A DNA stretch of 13,639 nucleotides from Candidatus Methylomirabilia bacterium (GCA_041492755.1 JBGPXN010000117.1:1-13639), one strand, 5' to 3'. Positions 1 to 7,901 are shown, counted from the first letter of the stretch. Numbers and translations are program-made. The notes: a model not told the origin generated them from the letters alone.

Positions 1-36
1 GCGCCGCATTTCCTCGACGAAGATCCCGAAATTCAT
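1..36 (-). CDS. 5' end of a gene running off the left edge, probably an LLM-class (luciferase-like) flavin/F420-dependent oxidoreductase
   Basis: Reverse complement reads ATG AAT TTC GGG ATC TTC GTC GAG GAA ATG CGG CGC (MNFGIFVEEMRR), preceded by a GGGAG RBS. MxFGIF is the typical LLM N-terminus. Only 12 codons are visible. Confidence 0.55.
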   Translation of the reverse strand, partial: MNFGIFVEEMRR

Positions 37-157
37 CGCGTCAGTCTCCCGCCCGCGCTCCCCACTCTATCGACTACGACGCTACCTACGCGCGAACGCG
101 ACGCTGGTCAAGGTCGAAATCCGGACGACCCGATCGATCGAAGTCTGGACCCGTCGC

Positions 158-994
158 TCACAGAAACGTGCCGCGCTGATAGTCCTCCACCGCGCGAACG
201 AGCTCCTCGCGTGTGTTCATGACGAACGGACCGTAGCGCGCGATCGGCTCGCCCAGCGGCCGCGCCGCCAGCAGCAGGAGGCGCGCTGCCGCGTCGGCGG
301 TCACGGCCGTGATCCGGTCGCCGTCCTCGAGGACGGCGAGCTGCCCGCCGGCAATCTCCCGGCCGCCGACCGTCGCGCGGCCCTCGTAGACGTACACGAA
401 GGCGTTGTGTTCGGGAGGGACGTCGAACGCCGCGCGACGGCGCGGCTCCAGGGCCACGTCGAGGTAGAGCGGCCGGGTGACGATGCCCTCGACCGGGCCC
501 TGGACGCCTCCCGCTTCGCCGGCGATCACCCGTGCCCGCACACCGTCCGCGAGCGCGGCCTCGCGAATCTTCTCGGGCGCGATGTCTTGATAGCGGGGCG
601 CCGTCATCTTGTCGCGCGCCGGCAGGTTCACCCAGAGCTGGAAGCCCCACATGAGGCCATCCTTCTGCTCCGGCATCTCGGAGTGGATGATCCCGCGGCC
701 CGCCGTCATCCATTGCACGCTGCCGGCGACGAGCTTGCCCTGGTTGCCCACGTGGTCGCGGTGGCGCATCGCGCCCGCCAGCATGTACGTCACGGTCTCG
801 AAGCCGCGGTGCGGATGGTCCGGAAAGCCCGCCAGGTACTCGTCGGGTCGGTCGGACTTGAACTCGTCGAGCAGGAGGAAGGGGTCGAGCTGTTCCAGCG
901 CCGGCGTGCCGATCACGCGCCGGAGGCTCACGCCCGCGCCGTCCGACGTCGGTTGGCCGGTAATGACCCGGGTGACACGCCGCTCCCCCGTCAT
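158..994 (-). CDS. Pirin family protein (bicupin, Fe-binding)
   Basis: Motifs DPFLLLDEF, FPDHPHRGFETVTY, QWMTAGRGIIHSEMP, FQLWVNLP, GPFVMNT. Start placed at ATG 994 (MTGERRV); ATG 1009 is an alternative. The ORF-track start at 1129 overlaps the divergent gene. Confidence 0.93.
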   Translation of the reverse strand: MTGERRVTRVITGQPTSDGAGVSLRRVIGTPALEQLDPFLLLDEFKSDRPDEYLAGFPDHPHRGFETVTYMLAGAMRHRDHVGNQGKLVAGSVQWMTAGRGIIHSEMPEQKDGLMWGFQLWVNLPARDKMTAPRYQDIAPEKIREAALADGVRARVIAGEAGGVQGPVEGIVTRPLYLDVALEPRRRAAFDVPPEHNAFVYVYEGRATVGGREIAGGQLAVLEDGDRITAVTADAAARLLLLAARPLGEPIARYGPFVMNTREELVRAVEDYQRGTFL

Positions 995-1000
995 GCCGTC

Positions 1001-1006
1001 AGCATA
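1001..1006 (-). promoter_or_regulatory. Putative -10 box (TATGCT) for a leaderless pirin transcript
   Basis: TATGCT ends 6 nt before ATG 994; no SD sequence upstream. Confidence 0.45.
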
Positions 1007-1040
1007 CATCTGCGACACAGTATCCGGATCTGGCCCGGCG

Positions 1041-1081
1041 TAGAATGCGCCGTACCACACCCCGCGCGCGGTAAGAGAGGG
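1041..1081 (+). promoter_or_regulatory. Putative -10 box (TAGAAT, 1041-1046) and purine-rich RBS for the NHL gene
   Basis: TAGAAT is a 5/6 match to TATAAT; AAGAGAGGG lies just upstream of ATG 1089. Confidence 0.45.
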
Positions 1082-1088
1082 CAACGCC

Positions 1089-2009
1089 ATGGGCACCACG
1101 TCCACGATCGTCGGAACCGGCAAATACACCTACGAAGTCAACGAAGACTGGGCGAAGCTCCCGGCCGGCTGGGCAATGCCCGCGGCCGCCGTCACCGTGG
1201 ACTCGCGGGACCGCGTGTATTGCTTCAACCGCACGCCCGATCACCCCGTCGTCGTCTTCGATCGCGACGGCAACTATCTCCATTCCTGGGGCGCCGGCCT
1301 GTTCGCGTTCCCCCACACCATCCGCGTCGACGAGCACGACAACCTCTGGCTCGTCGACCGCGATCACGGCCAGATGATGTATTTCACCTCGAACGGGGAG
1401 CTGCTCCGCACCATCGGCACGAAAGGCTATCGCTCGGACACGGGAGTGGATCCGAGCGAGCCGGGATCGACGGCCTACCGGAAGATCACCCACGCCGGCG
1501 GGCCGTTCAACCTGCCCACGGACATCGCGGTGGCCCCCTCCGGCGACATGTTCATCACCGATGGGTACGCCAACGCGCGAGTCCACAAGTTCGCCGCCGA
1601 CGGCGTGCATCGGTCGTCCTGGGGCGAGCCGGGCGCCGCGCCCGGTCAGTTCAGCCTCCCGCACGGCGTGTGGATCGATCGACTCGGGCGCGTCCTGGTC
1701 TGCGACCGGGAGAACGACCGGGTGCAGGTGTTCGATCAGGACGGGAAGCTTCTGCGCGTCTGGCCGACGAAGCTCATCGGTCCGGCCGTCTTCTACGTGG
1801 ATGCCGACGACACGGTCTACATTCCCGAGCACAACGGCGGTCTCGTCAGCGTCCTGACCCTGGAGGGCGAGCGTCTGGCTCAGTGGGGCGATCCGAGCTT
1901 CCGCTCGTGCCACAGCATCTGGGGCGATTCGCGCGGCGATCTGTACGTGGTGCGACCGGGCACGACGGTCCGCACCCGTCGCATCGTGAAGCACGTCCGC
2001 CTCGGCTGA
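1089..2009 (+). CDS. NHL-repeat six-bladed beta-propeller, peptidyl-alpha-hydroxyglycine alpha-amidating lyase (PAL)-like
   Basis: NHL repeats: FAFPHTIRVD, FNLPTDIAVAPSGDMFITDGYANARVHKF, FSLPHGVWID..VLVCDRENDRVQVFD. No signal peptide. Confidence 0.88.
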   Translation: MGTTSTIVGTGKYTYEVNEDWAKLPAGWAMPAAAVTVDSRDRVYCFNRTPDHPVVVFDRDGNYLHSWGAGLFAFPHTIRVDEHDNLWLVDRDHGQMMYFTSNGELLRTIGTKGYRSDTGVDPSEPGSTAYRKITHAGGPFNLPTDIAVAPSGDMFITDGYANARVHKFAADGVHRSSWGEPGAAPGQFSLPHGVWIDRLGRVLVCDRENDRVQVFDQDGKLLRVWPTKLIGPAVFYVDADDTVYIPEHNGGLVSVLTLEGERLAQWGDPSFRSCHSIWGDSRGDLYVVRPGTTVRTRRIVKHVRLG

Positions 2010-2059
2010 ACCGCCGTGGGTCAGGTGGTGGGTCGAGGCGGTCACGGCCCGGCGCCGGG

Positions 2060-2578
2060 TCAGGCCCGTTGTCGAGCCAGAAGGTCGACGTAGGCGCCCT
2101 CGACGAGCTGCGCGGGCTCGATGCCGAGCGCGGTCATGAGTCGGTGAGCCTCTTCGACGCCCGGGCCCGGTTCCTCGCCGTCCGAGAGGACGACTTCGAG
2201 CTCGAGGAAGTGCCCCAGGTCTTCGACGCGATCGAGATGAACGCGCGTTCGGCCGACGAGATAGAGCGTCCGATGCTTGCGCACGCGCCCGGCTCGACCA
2301 TAGGCCAGCGACAGGGCCTCACGTAGCGAGTCCGGCGACGCCGTGGGCACGATGACGAAGAAGGACTCCTTCGGCCCCGTTTGGTCGGGGCGCTGATAGA
2401 AGATCAGCTGCCCCTCCGTGGGAGTGAGCGCGCGCAGCTTCAGCCGGCCGCGCTCACAGGTGAAGAAGGTGTCGTCTTGCCGGATCTCGATCGGCCCTTG
2501 ATCGGCGAGCGCGGCGGCTCTCTCCGCGATGGCCTCGACACTGGCGATCCGGGCCTTGATTTCGATGTTGCGCGCCAT
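2060..2578 (-). CDS. CYTH-domain protein (class IV adenylate cyclase / triphosphate tunnel metalloenzyme family)
   Basis: MARNIEIKAR, QDDTFF, RLKLR, VRKHRTLY, VHLDRVEDLGHFLELEV, AYVDLL. Start set at ATG 2578. Confidence 0.9.
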   Translation of the reverse strand: MARNIEIKARIASVEAIAERAAALADQGPIEIRQDDTFFTCERGRLKLRALTPTEGQLIFYQRPDQTGPKESFFVIVPTASPDSLREALSLAYGRAGRVRKHRTLYLVGRTRVHLDRVEDLGHFLELEVVLSDGEEPGPGVEEAHRLMTALGIEPAQLVEGAYVDLLARQRA

Positions 2579-2600
2579 GGCCACTGGTGCCGGCCATCGG

Positions 2601-2895
2601 TCACCGACGATCGGGTCCGAGCTCCATGACGTGTGTGCAATGATCGACGTCATCCCGCCGACGAAAGCCAATCTTTTCGTAGAGCTGCGCGGCCGCCAGA
2701 TTGTTCGTGCGCAGGCGAAGGATCTCGAACCGGCTTCGCGCAACCTCCATGACTTCCGCGACCAGCTCCCAGCCCACCCCGAGCCGCCGGCACGCCGCCA
2801 GGACGTACAGATGCCGCACTCGGCCGACGTTCGGCCCGGTGGCGTACGGATCCACGTTGAGGCCGCCGATACGCCTCGATCGCCCTTTCTCGCAT
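2601..2895 (-). pseudogene. GNAT N-acetyltransferase remnant (N-terminal half missing, frameshifted)
   Basis: The 2601-2855 frame encodes a GNAT C-terminal half (GGLNVDPY..GRVRHLYV..RRLGVG..LRT..AAQLYEKIGF) but has an in-frame TAG at 2904-2906. ATG 2895 (MRERAIE) is in another frame. Confidence 0.7.
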
Positions 2896-2901
2896 CTTGC
2901 C

Positions 2902-2959
2902 AGCTAACGTGCAGCGTCAGCGGCGCCGCCCCGGCGTCCTCTGAACGCTGAAGTTATGC
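2902..2959 (-). mobile_element. Integron attC recombination site (59-base element), 58 bp
   Basis: Minus strand: R'' GCATAAC, 5-nt spacer TTCAG, L'' CGTTCAGA, inner stem GGACGCC/GGCGCC with loop GGGGC, L' GCTGACG, 6-nt spacer CTGCAC, R' GTTAGCT. Spacing is canonical and there are two extrahelical bases on the L'' arm. Confidence 0.8.
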
Positions 2960-2976
2960 GCCCGGTATTCTGCATG

Positions 2977-3000
2977 TATACTCACCAGCGGAACGCGGAG
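2977..3000 (+). promoter_or_regulatory. Internal promoter -10 (TATACT, 2977-2982) and RBS (GGAG, 2997-3000) for the TA pair
   Basis: TATACT is a 5/6 consensus match; GGAG lies 7 nt before GTG 3008. Confidence 0.55.
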
Positions 3001-3007
3001 TGGTCAG

Positions 3008-3232
3008 GTGACCCAGCTCAGCGAGATCGTACACAGCGACCCCGAGATTCTCGGCGGCACACCCGTCTTCATCGGCACGCGCGTGCCGGTGCAGTCGCTG
3101 TTCGACTATCTCGAAGGCGGCGAGCCGCTCGACGAGTTCCTGCGTCAGTTCCCATCCGTGAGGCGCGAGCAGACGGTCGCCGCTCTTGAGATCGCGCGCG
3201 CTACACTGGTGGCTGGTGCGCGTTCTTCTTGA
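3008..3232 (+). CDS. DUF433 family antitoxin (VapB45-like)
   Basis: IVHSDPEILGGTPVFIGTRVPV..LFDYLEGG..LDEFL..FPSV is the DUF433 signature; overlaps the downstream PIN-like gene. Confidence 0.9.
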   Translation: MTQLSEIVHSDPEILGGTPVFIGTRVPVQSLFDYLEGGEPLDEFLRQFPSVRREQTVAALEIARATLVAGARSS

Positions 3233-3536
3233 CGAGCAGCTCCCGCTAGACCTCACCGCCATGCTCGAAGGCCATGCCGCCACCACCGTCGTCGGCCGCG
3301 GCTGGGCCGGTATCAAGAACGGTGACCTTCTTCGGCGTATGCGTGGGGAGTACGACGCGCTGATCACGATGGACCAGGGTATCGCGTTCCAGCAGAACCT
3401 CGCCGCGTTGCCTTTCGGGGTGCTTCTCGTTCTCGCCCCCTCCAACCGAATGGTGCACCTCCAGCCACTCGTTCCGGCAATCCTTGAAACCCTCCCAGGA
3501 CTCAAGCCCGGTCAACTCCGCCGCATAGGCGGATAG
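3216..3536 (+). CDS. DUF5615 / VapC45-like PIN-domain toxin
   Basis: GTG 3216: MRVLLDEQLP..GWAGIKNGDLL..LITMDQG..QQNL. This family is the usual partner of DUF433. Confidence 0.87.
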   Translation: MRVLLDEQLPLDLTAMLEGHAATTVVGRGWAGIKNGDLLRRMRGEYDALITMDQGIAFQQNLAALPFGVLLVLAPSNRMVHLQPLVPAILETLPGLKPGQLRRIGG

Positions 3537-3554
3537 CGTTTAGTCTCTTGAACC

Positions 3555-3726
3555 GTGTATCTAGACAGACCGGGCGGCCCGTCGCAAGTTAACACGGCCG
3601 TTGGGGTCATCGTTGGAGCCGTGAAAGATGTTGAACCAACGGCCGTTGGCCGTCGAGAAGGACTGGCAGGCCGCCTGGATACGCCGACCGGTGATATACA
3701 CCGGACACCGCGAGATTCGGTGCCGG
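3555..3726. repeat. Cluster of nested inverted repeats in the convergent intergenic region
   Basis: ACGGCCGTTGG (3594-3604)/CCAACGGCCGT (3636-3646) perfect 11 bp; CCGGGCGGCC (3570-3579)/GGCCGCCTGG (3669-3678); GTGTAT (3555-3560)/ATACAC (3696-3701); CCGGTG/CACCGG hairpin (3688-3704); CACCG/CGGTG hairpin (3706-3722). Confidence 0.6.
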
Positions 3727-3821
3727 GCGACGATGGGTAGCTCAGGGAAATCCCCACGCCTGCCATTGGTGACGGCAGCATAGGAGCGCGAGGAAGTCAG
3801 GGCAAGGGTGTCTTTCGACGG

Positions 3822-4742
3822 TTACGTCTGCCGTCGCAGCCGCGGGTCCAGCAAATCGCGCAGACCATCGCCGAGGAAGTTGATCCCGAGCACCGTCACC
3901 ATGATCGCCAGCCCCGGGAAGATCGAGATCCACCCAGCCACCGTCAGGTAGTCGCGGCCCTCGGCCAGCATCCGACCCCACGTCGGCGTCGGCGGCGGGA
4001 CGCCGAGGCCGAGGAACGAAAGGGCCGATTCCATCAGGATCACGCGCGCGATCTCGAGGGTCCAGATCACCATGACCGGCGCCAGCACGTTGGGCAGGAC
4101 GTGGCGGGCGATGATGCGGGCGTCGTGCGCACCGAGCGCGCGGATCGCCTGCACGAACTCCTGCTCGCGCAGGGTCAGGCTCAGCCCGCGGACCACCCGC
4201 GCGTAGATCATCCAGGTGGTGATGGACATCACGATGACGAGATTCTTGACACTGGCGCCGAGGAGCGCGACCACCGCGAGGGCCAGCAGGATCAGCGGGA
4301 AGGCCAGGTTCAGGTCCACGACGCGCATGATGATGGCGTCCACCCGCCCGCCGATGTAACCGGCCACCAGCCCGGCCGCCACTCCGACGGCGGCACCAAG
4401 CAGCGCCGCCAGCACGCTGATGGCCAGCGAGATCCGGGCGCCGTACACGAGGCGCGAGTAGACGTCTCGGCCGAGATGGTCGGTGCCGAGCGGATGCCGG
4501 AGCGAGCCGTCCTCCAGCCAGAACGGTGGCTTCAGCACGATGGTCAGATCCTGATCGATGGGATCGGTCGTCGCGAGCAGCGGCGCCGCCAGCGCCGCGA
4601 CGATGACCAGGCCGACGATCACCGCGCCCACGGTGGCCAGCGGGCTGCGTCGAGCCAGCCGAGCCAGCCACGCCAGCCCCACCGACGGAGCGCGCAGCGC
4701 GGGAGAGACCGGCGCGCTCTCCCGCTCCACTCGTCCGCTCAT
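3822..4742 (-). CDS. ABC transporter permease, DppC/OppC family
   Basis: HPLGTDHLGRDVYSRLVYGARISL; EAA-type loop EFVQAIRALGA..RIIARHVLPN; ESALSFLGLG..PTWGRML; NFLGDGLRDLLDPR. Confidence 0.95.
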   Translation of the reverse strand: MSGRVERESAPVSPALRAPSVGLAWLARLARRSPLATVGAVIVGLVIVAALAAPLLATTDPIDQDLTIVLKPPFWLEDGSLRHPLGTDHLGRDVYSRLVYGARISLAISVLAALLGAAVGVAAGLVAGYIGGRVDAIIMRVVDLNLAFPLILLALAVVALLGASVKNLVIVMSITTWMIYARVVRGLSLTLREQEFVQAIRALGAHDARIIARHVLPNVLAPVMVIWTLEIARVILMESALSFLGLGVPPPTPTWGRMLAEGRDYLTVAGWISIFPGLAIMVTVLGINFLGDGLRDLLDPRLRRQT

Positions 4743-4748
4743 GCGCGG

Positions 4749-5666
4749 CTACGCCACGCGAATCCGCGGATCGAGCCAGACGTACAGCAGGTCCACGGCG
4801 AGATTGATCAGCACCACCGCGGTGGCCAGGATGAACACCGACGCCTGAACGACCGGATAGTCGCGATTCAGGATGGCCTGGATCGTGAACAGTCCGACGC
4901 CCGGCCAGGTGAAGATCGTCTCGATCACGACCGCTCCGCCCAGGATGTACCCGAACTGCAGCCCCACCACCGTGACGAGCGGGATCAGCGCGTTGGGCAA
5001 GGCGTGGCGCGTGTGCACGAACACCTCGCGCAGCCCCTTGCCGCGCGCGGTGCGCACGTAGTCCTCGGCGAGCACCTCGATCATCGTGGTGCGGACGAGG
5101 CGGGTCAGCAGTGCCATCAGGTTGATCGCGATGGCGGCGGCCGGCATCACCACGTGCGCGAAGCCGCCGCGCCCGGAGGTTGGCAGCACACCCCAGGAGA
5201 CGGCGAACAGCAGGATCATCATGATCGCGAGCCAGAAGTTCGGGACCGACTGGCCGAGCAGCGCCACCCCCATCGCGATCAAATCGATCTTGCCGCCGCG
5301 GTGGGTGGCCGCCAGCACGCCGAGGGGCACCGCCAGCACGATGGCCAGCAGCATCGCCGTCACGGTGAGCTGCAGCGTGGCCGGGAGCCGCGCGGCGATC
5401 AGCGGCAGGGACGACTGGCCGTGCCGGAGCGAGACTCCGAAATCGCCGTGGACGGCACGGCGCAGGAACCGCCAGTACTGAATCGCCAGCGGATCGTCGA
5501 AGCCCCACTCGGCCCGGAACTTCGCGATCTGCACGGCCGTCGCGCCCGGCGGCAGCATGATCTCGGCCGGATCGCCGGTGAGGAACGTCAGGAAAAACGA
5601 GACGACGGACACCCCGAGGATGACGAGAACCGCGGTGACGAGACGGGCCGCTATGTAGGCCCGCAC
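4749..5666 (-). CDS. ABC transporter permease, DppB/OppB family
   Basis: GDPA, GDFGVSL, RLPATLQL, PNFWLA, EDYVRTARGKGL, GAVVIETIFTWPGVG, RDYPVVQ, DLLYVWLDPRI. Confidence 0.95.
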   Translation of the reverse strand: MRAYIAARLVTAVLVILGVSVVSFFLTFLTGDPAEIMLPPGATAVQIAKFRAEWGFDDPLAIQYWRFLRRAVHGDFGVSLRHGQSSLPLIAARLPATLQLTVTAMLLAIVLAVPLGVLAATHRGGKIDLIAMGVALLGQSVPNFWLAIMMILLFAVSWGVLPTSGRGGFAHVVMPAAAIAINLMALLTRLVRTTMIEVLAEDYVRTARGKGLREVFVHTRHALPNALIPLVTVVGLQFGYILGGAVVIETIFTWPGVGLFTIQAILNRDYPVVQASVFILATAVVLINLAVDLLYVWLDPRIRVA

Positions 5667-5731
5667 GTCTACCTACGGCCTGCGCTCATCGGCCGATCCG
5701 GCCCGCGCTCACCCGTCGAGACGCCCGACGC

Positions 5732-7261
5732 TCACCCCTTCAGCCCGAGCGTATACAGCCACTGCGTCTCGTCCGGGCGCGGGGTGTAGTCGATGCGGTT
5801 GCTCATCCCGAACACCGAGTCGGCCTGGAACAGGAAGATGAACGGCGCCTCGTCCTTGATCAGCTTCTGGACGTCGCCGTACTGCTGCGCCCGCCGATTG
5901 CGATCGTCGGTCGCCTCGATGCGGGTCAGCATCTCGTCGAGCCTGGCGTTCTTGTAGTGCATGCCGAGACCGCCCTGGGTCAGCCAGCGGATCACCCAGG
6001 AGGGCTCGAGGTAGGAGTTGCCGATGCTGTAGATGAACAGCGGCGCGGTCTGGTTGGCCACCCGGCGCGGGCCGAAGGCGGAGAACTCGAAGACGTTCTG
6101 CTTGACCTTCACGCCGGCCTTCTGGAGGTAGCCGACGATCGCCTCCGCCGGCTTGTTGTGGTCGGCGATGCTGCCGGTGAAGCTGTCGAGCTCGGTCTCG
6201 AAGCCGTTCGGGAAGCCGGCCTCGGCCAGCAGCGCCTTGGCCTTGTTCGGGTCGAACGGATAGGGCCGCACGCTCGGGTCGTATCCGAGCGCCCCCTTGT
6301 CCACCACCGTCGCCAGCCGGGTGCCGTAGCCGAAGTAGAGGCTCTTGAGAATCGCGTTGACGTCCACCGCGTGGTTCAGCGCCTGGCGCACCTTGACGTT
6401 GTCGAACGGCGGCTTGCGCACGTCGATGGTGACGTGAAAGATGCGCGGGGCGGGGATGGTCTTGATCACCAGCTTGCTGTTCCGCTTGAGCTCTTCGATC
6501 CGCACGTGCGGGATCGGCGAGATCAGATCCACCTCGCCGGTCTGAAGGGCGGCGATGCGGGCCGCGTCCTCGAGGATGGGCCGCACGGTGATCGTCTTCA
6601 CCTTCGGCGCGCCACGCCAGTAGTGCTCGTTCGCCTCCAGCACGAGCCGCTCGTTCTTCGCCCACGTGACCAGCTTGAACGGACCGGTCCCGTTCGGCCT
6701 GGTGGCGATCGCCTCCTTGCCCACGGCGTTGGTGTGCTTCGGCGAGAGCATCAGGCCGAACAGCTCGCCCAGGCGGACCGGCAACAGGAAGTCGGGGGCC
6801 TTGGTGACCACGTTCACCGTGAAGGGGTCCACGATCTCGGTCCGGGCGATCGTGCTCAGCTCGGAGCCGATGGTGGCCTTGGTCTCCGGGTTGGTCGCGC
6901 GGTCGAGCGTGAACTTGACCGAGTCGGCGTTGAAGTCGTCGCCGTTGTGGAACTTGACGCCCTTGCGCAGCGTGAACTGCCACGTGGTTGGATTGAGCCG
7001 CTTCCACGACTCGGCGAGGGCCGGCACCAGGTTGCCCTGGGCGTCGCGGGCGGTCAGCCCGTCGTAGACGTTGACGATGAAGATCTGGGAGTTGCGGCCA
7101 ACGGTCAGGTGCGGATCGAACGTGTTCGGCTCGGCGGCCAGGCCGATCTTGACCTCGCCGGTGGGCGCGGCGGCGGCCGGCGCCACGGCCGACGCGCCGA
7201 CGGCCAAGCCGAGCGCCGCGGCGGTCAGGCCCAGCGCGCGCACGGCGGCGTGGCGCGTCAT
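5732..7261 (-). CDS. ABC transporter substrate-binding protein, family 5 (DppA/OppA/NikA-like)
   Basis: Signal peptide MTRHAAVRALGL..APAAAA; PALAESW..WQFTLRKGVKFHNG; PNGTGPFKL; PFDNVKVRQALNHAVD. ATG 7261 overlaps the cupin stop (ATGA). Confidence 0.95.
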   Translation of the reverse strand: MTRHAAVRALGLTAAALGLAVGASAVAPAAAAPTGEVKIGLAAEPNTFDPHLTVGRNSQIFIVNVYDGLTARDAQGNLVPALAESWKRLNPTTWQFTLRKGVKFHNGDDFNADSVKFTLDRATNPETKATIGSELSTIARTEIVDPFTVNVVTKAPDFLLPVRLGELFGLMLSPKHTNAVGKEAIATRPNGTGPFKLVTWAKNERLVLEANEHYWRGAPKVKTITVRPILEDAARIAALQTGEVDLISPIPHVRIEELKRNSKLVIKTIPAPRIFHVTIDVRKPPFDNVKVRQALNHAVDVNAILKSLYFGYGTRLATVVDKGALGYDPSVRPYPFDPNKAKALLAEAGFPNGFETELDSFTGSIADHNKPAEAIVGYLQKAGVKVKQNVFEFSAFGPRRVANQTAPLFIYSIGNSYLEPSWVIRWLTQGGLGMHYKNARLDEMLTRIEATDDRNRRAQQYGDVQKLIKDEAPFIFLFQADSVFGMSNRIDYTPRPDETQWLYTLGLKG

Positions 7262-7785
7262 CGTCCCACCTCGACGATCTTGCCTTTCTCGTCGAGATCG
7301 AACCCCTGCTCGCGCACCGCGTTCATCACGTTGTTGGCCCAGGCCACACGTCCCGGATCGTCGCCGCCCACCAGCGCCAGCATGTAGGCCTCCTCGGTGC
7401 TCTCGTTGCGGAAACCGCGCATGATCCCGGTCGGCACCGAGATCACGTCCCACTGCCCGATCGTGAGCTCGTTCTCGCCCTCGTCGCCCCACTGCACGGA
7501 CCACGTCCCGGTCAACGGCATGAAGACCTCGACGGTCTTGTGGTTGTGCAGCCCGGTGCCCTTCTTCGGGCCGGCCTTGATGATCGACATGTGAAAGCCG
7601 TCGACGGCGGTGATCGGCACCTTCATGGAGGCGTCCTCGGTGACGCCGCCGCCGATGATGTTGAAGATCTCGCGCTGGAATTGCGGGAGGACCGCGTCGA
7701 CGAGCGGACGAGCGCTCGGGGTCAGTTGCTTGAACACCGCCACCCGCTGGAGCATCTCTTCCTTCGTCACGATTCTCGAAGCCAT
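7258..7785 (-). CDS. Cupin domain protein
   Basis: Motif 1 GTGLHNHKTVEVFMPLTG; motif 2 WDVISVPTGIMRGFRN; strong AGGAGG RBS at 7792-7797. Confidence 0.88.
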   Translation of the reverse strand: MASRIVTKEEMLQRVAVFKQLTPSARPLVDAVLPQFQREIFNIIGGGVTEDASMKVPITAVDGFHMSIIKAGPKKGTGLHNHKTVEVFMPLTGTWSVQWGDEGENELTIGQWDVISVPTGIMRGFRNESTEEAYMLALVGGDDPGRVAWANNVMNAVREQGFDLDEKGKIVEVGR

Positions 7786-7855
7786 CCTCTTCCTCCTTGC
7801 CGCGGCTGGTGCGCGCGGCCTGCGGCCGCCTGGGCGCGCCTACGGCAGCAGCGCG

Positions 7856-7864
7856 AAAGTAGCA
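7856..7864 (-). promoter_or_regulatory. Putative extended -10 promoter (TGcTACTTT) for the cupin-ABC operon
   Basis: TGn followed by TACTTT, about 70 nt upstream of the cupin ATG. Confidence 0.45.
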
Positions 7865-7901
7865 CAGTGAGCGCCGCCCTCACCACGGCCCCAACCTGGG
7901 C

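Noticed and set aside
2003..2066. Second attC after the CYTH stop (minus strand GCCTGAC...GGTTCAG)
   Set aside because: The R'' AAC is absent and no complementary L boxes can be found; at most a heavily eroded relic.
407..2326. 639-aa + strand ORF and other long overlapping ORFs (108-713, 999-2045)
   Set aside because: Shadow frames of pirin and NHL genes in high-GC DNA; Arg/Pro/Gly-rich with no recognisable motifs.
2579..2743. ORF-track N-terminal extension of the CYTH gene
   Set aside because: CYTH similarity starts at MARNIEIK; the extension overlaps the GNAT remnant. Similar over-extensions at 7262-7504 and 9674-9778 were also trimmed.
3735..3810. Cobalamin-riboswitch-like words (GGGAA, CCTGCC, AGTCAG)
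   Set aside because: Wrong order and spacing, and located between gene 3' ends rather than in a leader.
3742..7424. Long alternative ORFs over the ABC operon (3742-5508, 4101-5789, 5709-7007, 5957-7387)
   Set aside because: Antisense or off-frame shadows of well-supported transporter genes.
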